64,000 bases of DNA from Vermamoeba vermiformis. Lineage: Eukaryota. The position numbers and the translations under genes are program-made. Below are positions 24,737 to 36,949 of the stretch, piece after piece; position 1 is the stretch's first letter, and every line of letters begins with the position of its first letter. The notes under the pieces were generated by a model. It had not been told where the DNA came from, searched no databases, and saw nothing but the letters and a program-made list of their open reading frames with translations. Location: NCBI GenBank assembly GCA_045837725.1, contig JBEWZL010000030.1:62001-126000 (forward strand). The letters are read 5' to 3'.

Positions 24737-27543
24737 ATGGACTTACTTGCCTCGAGTCCCGATAAAGCAATCAAAAAACTGTTGGATTTCAGTTCTCCGC
24801 CCAAAGCCCGGCGCATCCAGCTTGCCCACCAGAGAAATTTTAGATTCGCCGTATAAATGGAAACCAAATGAATCCGTACCAGAGGCACTGCAGCCTGTAG
24901 TATTAATTCCACCGGTAAACGAACTTCAGAATTATTAATTCGAATAATATTTTAAAAATATGACGCTAATAAATCGAAATAATTGTAGAATATTATAATA
25001 CTATCATTTAAATAATAATTAATTTACAGCTCAAAATATCCGACTCACCGTTTGACTTGCCCGTACCCAATCCGGATGAAGAACCTTATATAGAATCATC
25101 CGATAACAGCTCTATGATGGACCACGATGAAAATTCAAGTTCATCAAATAAGAGTAAAAATCGCAAAAGAAAACGAGAGAGTAAGTTACAAACAAGGAAT
25201 TGAAATTTACGCGGATCTGCTCCCTGAAGTTAGTCCGCCTTACTAACCTCTAAATATAGTCATAGAAGAAGTCATAGATGTGGCCAGTGAAGAAGATGAC
25301 GATGACGTGTCAGGCGAGACCAAAGATGTTGCACCTTCATTATTGTCCAGAGTTAAAGGACGAAGGAGGTCAGCTGTAAGTGCCTAAAATTAGCTTGTTT
25401 TATTTGCAAAAATTAATCATGCATACCTTATTAGGTAAAACAATTTAATGTAGCTCCAGGACCTCTTTGGAAACAAGTAAAAAGAGAAAAAATTGCTGAT
25501 GAAGATTCATCACATTCAGGCAGTGAACATGATGACCAGACTGATGGTCCTTTGGAAATTATTCCACTAGACCAGGCTACATGCTTTCTTTGCAACGAAA
25601 AGTAAAATAATTATTTAATTTTTCCAAAAAAGGAAAAAATACTAATATTTTATTTTTAATTAGGGGAAACCAACGTTGCCAAGGAGGCATGCAAGAAATT
25701 GGAATTTTTAGGCTAGGAAAGAGGCCTATGCAATATTTTGCACATGAGGTAAATTATGAACTTTGAACTTTAAATTGTGCTCAAACTGTACTAAAACAGT
25801 GCTATAAGTGAACTAACACTGTACTAACTCATTTTAACTTAGAACTGCTCTTTTTATGCCAGCAAACATGCTGATGAATCTCCAGAAGCATTTTTGAAGC
25901 GAACAAATTCTTATAATATGGTGAGGCCTAAGAACTTTACTGACTATAGATTTGGCTCTGACTAACTATTCAAATCACCAGCCTTGCAAATACAAAGGGT
26001 GCAAGCTCAAAAAAGCAGCACTTGGTTGTTCCATTGGATCTTGTCCCAACATCTACCACTACAAATGTGCCAAGCTAGCCAAGGGTGAACTATGTGTCAC
26101 CAACACTGCTGTCAAGTTTTATTGTGCTGGACACATTGGCAAAGCTTTGGATGGTAAAAATAACACCCTGATTTCCTAATTTGGTAATAACACTTGGGAG
26201 CAGATAAAATAGCTGATGTCAAGTGGCCCTTGCCAAGTTCATTTCCTTATTTGTTCAGAAACAATTGGAGTGGAATTTCACAGGCAAGTATCAAAAACAC
26301 ATTGAATTTGAAATTTTCAAGCAGTTTGAAGCTAATTCTTGGTACCAGCAACACTCACTTGAGATTCAATCCAACAAATTCCTGTGGGAGAGATTTCAAC
26401 CAGAGTGGTTTCATCGAGATCTCGGAGCACGTGTGGCGGTGCGAGAGATATTTCCAGGGCATTGGGCGTGGTGTGAAGAGCTAGCAGCCAAAGGTACGTC
26501 AGATCTGGTCTTATTTGAGCAGCTGTACTAACACCTAATGATATGTAGGTAGTAGGAAAAAGCCATCAAAACAATACGAAGTGATTGCATTAGAGGACCT
26601 GGAAGAAGAAGATTTTATTGGCGAATATGTTGGCAAAGTTATTTATCAAAAGGTAATGTCGGGATTATTTATTACCAAATATGGCAAGTGTATACTAACC
26701 ACTGTCGTGCAGGATATTGATGACAGCAAGTACGTGGCGATGTTTTATTTTGGCCAGTCGTTGCCGCAATCACTGCGAGACAATCCGATGTGCATTGACG
26801 CGCAAGAGTGTGGCAATGAAATGCGCTTCATCAACTCGGTCTCGCCAATCACGCCACCAGATATCACGCAAAACGCTACCATGTCAACTGTGTGGTGCCG
26901 CGGTGAAGTACGTACTTGACACGATCACGTGACTTGCCTTATTTGGCGATAAATACTAACGGTGTTGAATGCACAGCTGCGTATCGTGATATCAGCGACA
27001 CGACCCATTGCGAAGAACGAGGCGATTGTGTTGAATTACAACGAGTACGCCAACTCATTTTTCGACGAAAAAATCTCCGAACAAGATCGCATTAAGAAAA
27101 CAAATCAAGGGTGCTACGTGTTGATTACCAAAGCTGATCAAGGCCCACCACCTAACAGTACGTAACAGCGCTCGTAATTATTCCGTTCATGAACTGATCT
27201 TTGTCGCGTCTTAGAACAAAATATGATCACCGCGAAAATGAACAAAGTCATATTTGAAGAGGGTGACATTGACGTGTCCGTTGAAAGTCACGAAAAGTCC
27301 CGCGGCAACAACACCACCAACAGTAACAATACCAACACGAAGCCGCGGGCGAAGAACCAGGCGTCCATTACAAAGTTTTTCAAGGCACCTGTTGCACGGC
27401 AAGAAAAGAACGGAGCAGTGCCACGTGCATTCAACAAACAATCGACCATTACTTCGTGGCTGAAACGAACGCCTAAAGCGAGCAGCGAGAACAAGAATAA
27501 TAAGAATAGCAAGAGTAGTAGAGGCGTAGTTATTTTAGATTAA
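24737..27543 (+). CDS. Extended-PHD finger + SET domain histone methyltransferase-like protein with C-terminal PIP boxes; 5' start uncertain
   Basis: ePHD: C.LC..HENC..CKYKGC..AALGCSIGSCPNIYHYKCA..FYCAGH. SET: FIGEYVGKV, CIDAQECGNEMRFIN, RPIAKNEAIVLNYN. C-terminal QASITKFF. Confidence 0.8.
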
Positions 27544-27675
27544 GTTCGATAGTAACTGCGTCGTAATGTTGTTTTATTAGTGTTAAAATCACCAAACTAA
27601 TTTGTTAATATTAAACCCTCGGATCCAGATCTTAAAATTTTTTTTATTCGCTACAAAAAATTACGATCAACCTGT

Positions 27676-29500
27676 TTATTCGTCCAATATTAGCCGCACA
27701 TTTGATATGCTCCGTACCGTTGTTTCATTGCCCGTCTTAGTTCCAGAAGAGGACACTTCCTGTGACTTTTTCTGTTTGATTTTCAAGTGTTTGAACAAGG
27801 TGATTTCAGCGGCGACAGTGGTCATGGTGAAGAACTGCGTCATGCTCAACACGAACATGTTCCACCCAGCATTCAGCATGTACAACGGACTGATGGTGAG
27901 CATCGAGACAAGTACGAACAAGATCATGGACACTCCTGTCAGTATCAACATCTTCACCAGCTATTACGATAATAATGAGTGTCAGAGAGCGTGTCAAAAG
28001 TGTCAAAATGTCATTTCTTGATTTGGAAGAGGTGTCACTTACGCGTTGAGGAAAACGTTGTTTCTTTGACACGACGTTGAGTTGGCGCGAGTTTTGAACG
28101 ATTTGATGCACGAGCACGGAGCCGACAATGACGAAATACAAGCCTACAATGAGTGCAATAATCACAATCAACACGAGCAAGGCCCACACTGCTCCACGGA
28201 AGAAAATGTTCGACAAAATGTTCAGGGCGAACAACGCCTAAATTAAAGACAATCAGTCGCCCGACTAATAACTTCCAACTTACGAGTAGAATGGCCAATA
28301 TAACACCAAACAAGTATTTGTTCCAAAATCGTTCTTTTTTATCGCCCCAAATCAATCCTGACCTGCACGAGTAAAGCAATTAGTTCCACGGTCAATATGT
28401 TGTGACAGTTGTTATATTGAACGTACCAGAACAGTCCGACAAGAATGGTTGAGAACACCATCAACAGTGGTCCCAATCCGTACAGTGTGAAGTATGCTGC
28501 GTCGGGCATGGGCCAGTAGTTGAAATGCGTCAGAACGGTGATATTAGCAATGCACGTGACTATATATAAGCATTAAAATCATTTCTAGGACGAGTTTGTT
28601 GTTTCACGTACTGGCCGCAGCAAGAGTTTGAAGTGAAAGCGCCACTTGAGCGATGGAGAACTGAGGACCGTAGAACCAAATGTAGCCAATCAATCGCACC
28701 AGACCATAGATCGTTACACTCAGGCCGACAACTACCAGTAATATGTACAATACCCAGAACGAGGGCAGTGCACTAACGTACGCCAGCTCGTTGAAATCTA
28801 ACCATGTGACGCGTGTCAAAACGAGATGACAAACACTCTGAATTTACCTCCTGAGGTCATTGTTATGATTACCGAGCCATTCGTCGCGCTCATGAATCCA
28901 AGCAGCATATCCCAGTCCTAAAATAGATAAAAGTAAAAAACGGTTTTCGGATGTGTATCGATCACAATCGGACTTTTAGAAGGGTAACAGCAGGCAACGG
29001 GATTGGCTCGGTCAATGCACGTGACATGATAACTGTGTCCAAAGAGGTAATGCCCTCAAAATACGTAATTAAACCCTAAACACAAATGTTTTGCATTAGA
29101 TCTGAAAATCTTATCGTGTTGTGACTTACTATACCATTATTATCCAATACATTATGCATAATAGTATCCGCTAAGCACGATAATTTATCTAAATTCGCGA
29201 TGACGATCTTTCCGGCAATGTTATTGTGGATCTCGCAACCGTTGATTGGATCTGCCAGAATAGCCTCGCCAGTCACATTAAACTCTTTAATAACGTATTC
29301 ATATGCAGGTGTTGGCGTAAAAATATGGCCCGACACCGACTCTGGAGCGATTATTGTAATCGAACAACTGCCTAATCGAATCTGTTTTCAAAAACTTGTT
29401 ATTAATATTATTTTTACCTCCTAATTTGTTATTATATTGAATATTATACACTTACCAAGGACAGAAGTGTAATCAAAATCATAAACGCCCAATTCTTCAT
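27676..29500 (-). CDS. PA-domain 7-transmembrane receptor-like protein, copy 1
   Basis: Signal peptide MKNWAFMILITLLSL, PA-like FNVTGEAILADPINGCE..IAGKIVIA, then seven hydrophobic segments after splicing. Confidence 0.75.
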
Positions 29501-30905
29501 GATTCTTTTGCGCCAAGTTACATGAATAGGTCAGGCCTTGTATACAACATGAATATCAATTATAATTGAGTCCCATTTAACACAATTAAAAAGCCGAAAA
29601 AACAATACGAATCACTTTGACACGCGTGTTCCACGCCTTTTCGGACCGAAATAAAATTAATCAAAAATCAAAATTAGAATAGTGCCACCATACGGCAGTG
29701 GGTATTATTAAACAATTCGTTATTATTATTTACATGTAATTACATTTCGCTTACATTAACATTTTTCGGCCTGGATGTGGTTACGTTTTTCTACCTGGTG
29801 TTGAGTGCAGAACTAGCTGTGGTGTCAGTGCCAGTGTTGGTCGAGGACACGGCCGCACTGCCGCTCGATGTCTTGGGCTTGTGTTTGACACTCTTGAACA
29901 AGGTGATTTCAGCGGCGACAGTGGTCATGGTGAAGAACTGCGTCATGCTCAACACGAACATGTTCCACCCAGCATTCAGCGTGTACAACGGACTGATGGT
30001 GAGCATTGAGACAAGCACGAACAAGATCATGGACACTCCTGTCAGAATCAACATCTTCACCAGCTAATGGGATAATAATGAGTGTCAGAGAGCGTGTCAA
30101 AAGTGTCAAAATGTCATTTCTTGATTCGGAAGAGGTGTCACTTACGCGTTGAGGATATCTTCGTTTTTTCGACACGACGTTGAGTTTGCGCGAGTTTTTG
30201 ACGATCTGATGAATGAGAATCGAACCAATGATCACGAAATACAAGCCTACAATGAGTGCTATTATCACAATCAACACGAGCAAGGCCCACACTGCTCCAC
30301 GGAAGAAAATGTTCGACAAAATGTTCAACGCAAACAAGACCTAAAATTGACCGTCAGTCATGGTTGTCAGTGACTATTCACATTCTACGTACCAATAATA
30401 CAGCCAATATAACGCCAAACAAGTATTTGTTCCAAAATCGTTCTTTTTTGTCGCTCCAAATCAATCCTGACCTGCACGAGTAAGGCGATTAGTTTCACGG
30501 TTAATATGTTGTGACAGTTGTTATATTGAACGTACCAGAACAGTCCAACAAGAATGGTTGAGAACACCATCAACAGTGGACCGAGTCCGTACAGTGTGAA
30601 GTACGCTGCATCGGGCATGGGCCAGTAGTTCAAGTGCGCAATCACCGAGGCCGCTGCAATTACAGTAACTAAACGAAGGTCAATATGACGATATATATCA
30701 TAGAATAGGTGTCACGTACTGGCCGCGGCAAGAGTTTGAAGAGACAGAGCCACTTGAGCGATCGAGAACTGAGGACCGTAGAACCGAATGTAGCCAATCA
30801 ATCGCACCAGGCCATAGATCGTTACACTCAGGCCGACGACTGCTAGTAAGATGTACAATACCCAGAACGAGGGCAATGTGCCTGTGAAGCCGTACTCGTT
30901 GAAAT
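27789..30905. repeat. Direct tandem duplication: about 27789-28800 versus about 29892-30905
   Basis: Long near-identical stretches (e.g. ttgaacaaggtgatttcagcggcgacagtggtcatggtgaagaactgcg), including some intron sequence. Confidence 0.9.
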
Positions 30906-31556
30906 CTGCACGTGTCACATGTCAATGTTATTACGAAATCTTTCTTAGGATAACTATTTCGTACCTCCAGAAGTTACTGTGAGAATAATAGGCTCATTGG
31001 TGGTGTTTAAATAACTTGACAAGATATTCCAGGGCTGTAAAAGTTGAACGGTTAGTCTTGGAGGTGTCATGATTTAGTCGCTCGTACGTCATTAGGGAGC
31101 GCAACAGCACCGATTTGAATACGCTCGGTCAATGCCCTCGAGAAGGTGTATGTGTCTAACGAGTTGATACCATCGTAGTGTAATATTACAGCCTGGAAAT
31201 AAAAGTCAAGAATGGATCTCAAAAAAGCAATTCATCGGCTAAATTATAAAAAGTACTCGACTTACCAATCCATTTGCGTCCAATACAGCGTTCATTATAA
31301 TATCTGACAAACACAATGTTTCATCCATTATTGCGATAACAATTTTGCCGGTCACATTATTGCGGATTTCGCACCCATCTGGCGTATCGGCCAGAATAAC
31401 TTCGCCAGTAACGTTGAATTCTTGCAAACCAATTGCATATTGAGGTGTTGGCGCAAATATTTGTCCTGCGATATCTTCTGGCGCAACTATCGTGATGGAA
31501 CAACGTCCAAGCTGAATCTGACATAAGGCAACAATAAAATTAATAAGAGGCCACAT
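29791..31556 (-). CDS. PA-domain 7-transmembrane receptor-like protein, copy 2 (tandem paralogue)
   Basis: Signal peptide MWPLINFIVALCQIQLGRC, FNVTGEVILADTPDGCE..VTGKIVIA. The TM region is near-identical to copy 1. An alternative in-frame ATG lies at 31583. Confidence 0.75.
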
Positions 31557-32135
31557 TATAATACCAGTATTAAAACCAAGCATTGTTCGGATATTTTCTT
31601 TCGAAAACTGTCATTGAAAAGAAATGCCGAAAATATTAATCCGTTTTGTTTCGCCATCCGAAATGGCAAATTGCTCTCTCGCACTTGGCACGTCAAAATT
31701 ATATGTAAACATGCGTTTTATGATATTTTTAGTCGTAAACTTGCTTACCAAAAAGAATAAAACTAGGGTTGCTCGGCTGATCCAGAATTGTGACGTCATT
31801 GTTGGATGAATATCATTAGATGCGCCTTCACTAATCTGCTATCTTGATCTTCATGGTAAAATCACTAAAAGAATGAGCTTCTACGCAACCAAAAATACTT
31901 TTTTGTGAGCGAGTAACAATTCACAGCGGATGCGGAATTAGCGCCGAATCAGTCTACGTATGTACTAATCTAACTGCAATTGTGGCATTTTTAAAGTCAT
32001 AACAATGCACCCTTCCGAATATTACCTTTTATTTCATAAAGTGTCGTTAAACTATTCACAAACTATTTACAAAAGCCGCGAAATCTGCGTAATTTAATGT
32101 ACTCGCTTATACTTCTTGATAGTCGACCGGCTTAA

Positions 32136-32597
32136 TTATTTCCAACGAATAATTGACTGAGGTCTTCGGTAAAATTCAATTTCTCGTTCAAGATCTGAAA
32201 AATGCGCATATTAGCGACATTTGAACACGTAATATTGTATAATGTTACTTACTATCTATTTCTTTCTTTTTCAATACAGCACGTCTTCCATAAACGCCTG
32301 CAATGACTGGTGCAGAAAAAGTACCGGCGACGGGGACCCAGAAGTATGTAGGAGTGGTAGCTGCGATAGTGACGTACTTTTGATATTGTCTCTTCGCTTT
32401 TTCCAACTTAGCAGTCAAGAGGTACACTTGAGAGTCTCGCGGATCGGCGACGACTTGCTGGTGAGGATCTATGGGAACAGCGACATGGTAGGGCTGGGAG
32501 ATATATACAGGTGTTGATACTGGTCAGGATAAGGTGAAGGAGTGACGTCTACCATATTAGCGGGTTGTGGCAAGAGATTGACTTGAGTGGATTCCAT
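32136..32597 (-). CDS. Hypothetical small protein (Pro/Tyr/Gln-rich N-terminus, one hydrophobic stretch, short coiled coil)
   Basis: ATG at 32597 (MESTQVNLLPQP); one GTAAGT...TTTCAG intron; ends EIEFYRRPQSIIRWK. Confidence 0.6.
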
Positions 32598-32827
32598 TTT
32601 TGGTTGGTGACAGTAAAAGGCTCTTGTATTGACTTGTGGTCTCTATATCGGTTGAATTGAATTAATGTAGCGAAGTGAGTTGGGTTTTATAGTTAGTTGT
32701 TTAAGTACCCGCTCCGCAATAGCGGAGGACGAAATTTACTTTTTTTCGTTTTAAATCATTATCTCGATTATTCACGTAATTTTGGTGCGTACTTACTGAA
32801 TATTCGCAAGAATGCAGGAGCGAGTTG

Positions 32828-33366
32828 TTACAAATGCCATATAAAAGCGTAACTGATATGAGGATGATCTGGATCGAATTGCTTTTTCATAATTTCCTCG
32901 CCTCCAAATTTGGAATAGAACCCACGAGCCTTTTCTACTGACCACACAATCATATGATCCGGCTTATAAGCGCTTACAACGGCGTTCCATATGGACTTCC
33001 ATAGTTGAGATCCGAATCCTTTGCCTTGATACCTCTTGCGCAAAAACAGATTTAGAACTTCGCACGCATTATCAAATCCTTCGATTATATGCCGCTCGAC
33101 AATGATGCCGCCTAGCAGAAGGAGAATTAATCAATACGTTCCAAAATGTGGATCGTACCTCGTGCCCAACCAACAATCTCATCCCCAATTCTTCCAACTA
33201 GTATAATGCATCGGTCACTAGAGACACGTTCTTTCCAGCTCTCAATTCTCTGTGGCATCTCCGCTTCATCTTGTTCGGGCGTGGTCGACTCCAAAGCCTC
33301 ATCCATGATCCGAAGTAATGTCGGTAATTCCTCAAAAGTTGCCCTCGTAATAGTTAAGCTGTCCAT
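32828..33366 (-). CDS. GNAT-family acetyltransferase, two exons
   Basis: ILVGRIGDEIVGWA, acetyl-CoA motif RYQGKGFGSQL, and ARGFYSKFGG. Confidence 0.85.
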
Positions 33367-33453
33367 ATCGTTGTATTTGGATTATTAAGCAACAATATAA
33401 AGTAATTTATAGTGAAAAGCTTTTCACGTGTTGGAACGACGTAGATTTTAATC

Positions 33454-34003
33454 CTAGAAAAATGAGAACGAAATGGTGGTACACAAAATAAATATCAGCT
33501 GCTGCAGAGACTTGCCGAGGACAGATGCGTGGCTAGTACGCGAGACTGGAACGGTGCTGGGTCCATTGGAAAGCGGAGCACCCGAGAGAGGCGTGTTGAC
33601 GCTTGGTGTCAGCGGCGCGTCAGCCATTGGTTCACTCACGGGAGGAATGCACTCGATGGCAGTCTTGTTGCCTGCAGTGCACACACCATTGAGGCACATG
33701 TCCTCGAGTGTGCAGGGATCGTTGTCAGTGCACGTGACATTTGACAGACCTGTTCCAATGCAGACGCCGATTTGACACGTGTCATCTGTAGTGCATTCAT
33801 TGGCGTCATCGCAGGTGACATTGCTGAGTGGTACACAGAAGCCTGTCTCCGCCACGCACGAGCCCAAGCACCGGCTGGCGTCGCAGTTGTCGGCCACTAG
33901 ACAACGCGACACGTATAGCTTGGCGTCTAATCCTAGCGCGTAAACAGATCCGTCAACTTGCGCTGTGTTCGCGTAAAAGTCCTGGACTCCAACCGCGTTG
34001 ATA
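33454..34003 (-). pseudogene. Cys-rich surface protein fragment (CTDC-like repeats, GPI-like tail); no intact 5' end found
   Basis: CDDANECTTDDTCQIGVC and CTDNDPCTLEDMCLNGVC repeats, Pro/Ser stalk, hydrophobic tail. The frame is closed upstream by TGA with no ATG or clear acceptor. Confidence 0.5.
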
Positions 34004-34765
34004 GTTCATAAATAAATTAATGTCGGGTGGTAGATAGAATGCATTATAACGAAAAGCCGTTGCCTGTCATATACCTTATATAGCTAACTGAACTAAATTC
34101 CATTCCGACGGTTGGAAAGGGAGATCCCTTGCGAACGAGTTTGAACCCTGAGTTTAGCAATCAAGCTATTGTAGTTATTGTGAAAAACGCCATTGGGTAT
34201 ACTAAACTGCTTCATATCAAATCTTTTCCAAGCCAAATACGTTTCAGATCCGTTGTGCCAATCTTTTGGTCAGACCCTATTTTTGGAATAAATTTAAAGA
34301 TGTAGTATATCATGATCGGGACGTCTTGATTTGAATAACAGCCTCAAAGCCTTTCAATATTTAATAATTAATAAATATAATATTGAATCCGGTCACAATA
34401 TGAAAATTATAGTATTTTTCTTGCTTACTCGGTTGTCTCATCCACAAACGCCAATTTTATTAATATTTGATTGTATTATTGCAAATACTATCTTTAATGG
34501 CGGCACAAAACTAGAGTTCGTTGAAAGCTTAAACCATTTCTACAGTGTGATATCTATTCGGTAAATGGCTCTATGGCCCTAAATGAATGACCACTAAGCA
34601 CATTAAAATAAACAGCAGCTTGTGCTCTTGTTTGTCGCGGGAAAATTGTTAAACAGCTCGAGAACAAGAAGAACTGAAACAAAATCAGACTTGAAGGGCC
34701 ACTTGAAGCTATTGTTTATTCAACCATCTTACAGACTGCACAAGACATCAACAGAACGAATTAAA

Positions 34766-36922
34766 ATGAATTGGTCAAAGTTGCCGAGCGAGATCTTGTT
34801 TCCATCGCTGCTTCAGCTTGATCTGCGTTCCGTACTTCGGTGCTCTTCTGTGTGCAAGAGCTGGCGACTGAACGTCTTCGATGACTACTTATGGAAGGTC
34901 AGTCTCAAGCGGCGTCTGTTTAATTAAATATTTTTGGTTAAATTTTTCTATATAATATTATAATTTTTCTAATTTTTCTAAAGCACCTTTACCACGTCAA
35001 TTTTCCGTTCGATAATACTCTGCCATATGAAAAGCAAACCTGGCGATTTTTACATATTCGAAAATCGAAAGTTTACAAGGCGATCCAAACTGGAAAGTGA
35101 GTTAGCAACGATTTTTTGTGCCGAAAATACATCATTAACCTCGTATTACTAGTGTATATATCAAAATTATTATTGCAAACCACGAAGTGCATTGGGAGAA
35201 CAGATTCATTGGCCCGCATATTTCGATGCATAAAGACAATGTAATTGCAACCTGTGGCACACAAGCGAGCGAGAAGTCTGTTAAAGTAGTCGGTTGTCAA
35301 GCAACAAATATATATACTGGGGAGGTCTCTAAGGTATGTGCTAGTTTAACTTTTTTTGGATCCGACTTACCTTGTATTTTTAGCAACTCGGCAGATCGTG
35401 GTACTCTTTAGCCATTGGAGATTACTTACTATCATTCGCATGTATAGTACAATATCCATTCTTCACTAACCTCCATATAGAACGTTGACAACTACTTGGC
35501 TGTCGAATGGCATACTTTAAAAGCCACTAAAATCTCGTCTGATATCTCCGAGATCAAACTTGCAGCTGAACGAAATCTCCCATGGCATGACGGTCAATTC
35601 AAACTAGCTATTTTTAACGCTGATCCGACGGTAACAAAAGTCATCGGAGTGGAGCCGAAGTTTCAGTCGGTGCAAATGTTTTTGAATAATGAGTCATATA
35701 CTATCAAATTTGGCAACTCTGTGCTATATGACTGGGTGAAAAATGAAAGAATTTACCTTTCAACGTACATCCAAGGACCACCGCTCGCGTTCTTTAAAAA
35801 CCTTATTGTTTCTACTACACCCGGTGTGTTATACATCTATGAAGACTTCAAACTCGTGCGCCAGCTATCGATTGACTCGGGGGTTTATTACGCGGCGTTG
35901 AACGATACCTTGGTACGGATCAAATTTTCACCTCTTCACTTGCGCTAATTTCTTTTGTTATTTTTACAGTTAGTTTGCTCAACGATTCAGTTCATATGGA
36001 TATTTGATAGACGCAATAATTACAAAGCGTTTAAGATCGAACACCAACAAAATTTTCCGCTCTTTTTGTTCGATGATCTGCTCGTGTATCTACTTCGATC
36101 TGGATTGACTTTTTACGACGTGAATGCACGAAAAATACTTGGCACAGTGTTCTACCGAGGATCTATGGCGAAACATGTCATTAGGGTACGTTTATCATCA
36201 AACTTTTTTGTGACGTTTCATTGACACGTGTCAAACGCAGCATTCTCCCAACGAGTTCGTGGTGCAGACCGACGATACAGTCATGTTGTTGCGCTTCGAT
36301 ACTAAGCCCAGCACGATCAGTGTGATGCGTGTCACTGAAGATAGCGAGATGAAGGTACGACTCGAGGTTCTGCTACAAAGTGCTAATTATTGTATTAGGA
36401 AATCTCTATCCAAAGCACTAACTTGCTGAGGTTTGCCATGGACGTATTGAAATCAACTGTGGACGAAGTTCATTCGTGCTACGTCATGAAAAATTCAAAA
36501 GGCAAACGGTGCGTCATGATGTGATTGGTCAATTCCAATTTAGGAGTGCAAAGACTAACCTCTACGTACTTAGATATACAATGCTGTTCAAAGGCAATGT
36601 CAATAAGAATGCCAAGCCGAATGTCAAAGCAAATGAATTGCTGCAACAATATTTCCGCGTGGCCAGTGGCACTGTGTACATGCCATTCTGTCCCTACGCA
36701 ACTGAATCCACAAATAGTACTGCAGGACTGCAAAAATTAGTCTCACTTGATCGAGATTTTGTGGTCACGGGCGATGTGCTGATATTCTGCGAACAAGTTG
36801 TCAACGGCAAAAGTGAGATAGTCAAGCCCGATAAATGGCCGACAGAACTGTACACGAAGACTGGTGTCGCAGAAAACACTGGTCGTATGAGTAACAATAA
36901 GAAACCGAAAAAAAAGAAATAA
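34766..36922 (+). CDS. F-box protein with degenerate beta-rich repeats
   Basis: MNWSKLPSEILFPSLLQLDLRSVLRCSSVCKSWR..DDYLWK. Multi-exon; the last exon ends KKPKKKK. Confidence 0.75.
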
Positions 36923-36949
36923 ACCGTGGAACAACAGTTTTGAATTATA

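Noticed and set aside
32712-32727. Hairpin CTCCGC-AATA-GCGGAG in a spacer
   Set aside because: A single 6-bp stem with no RNA-family context, compatible with chance.
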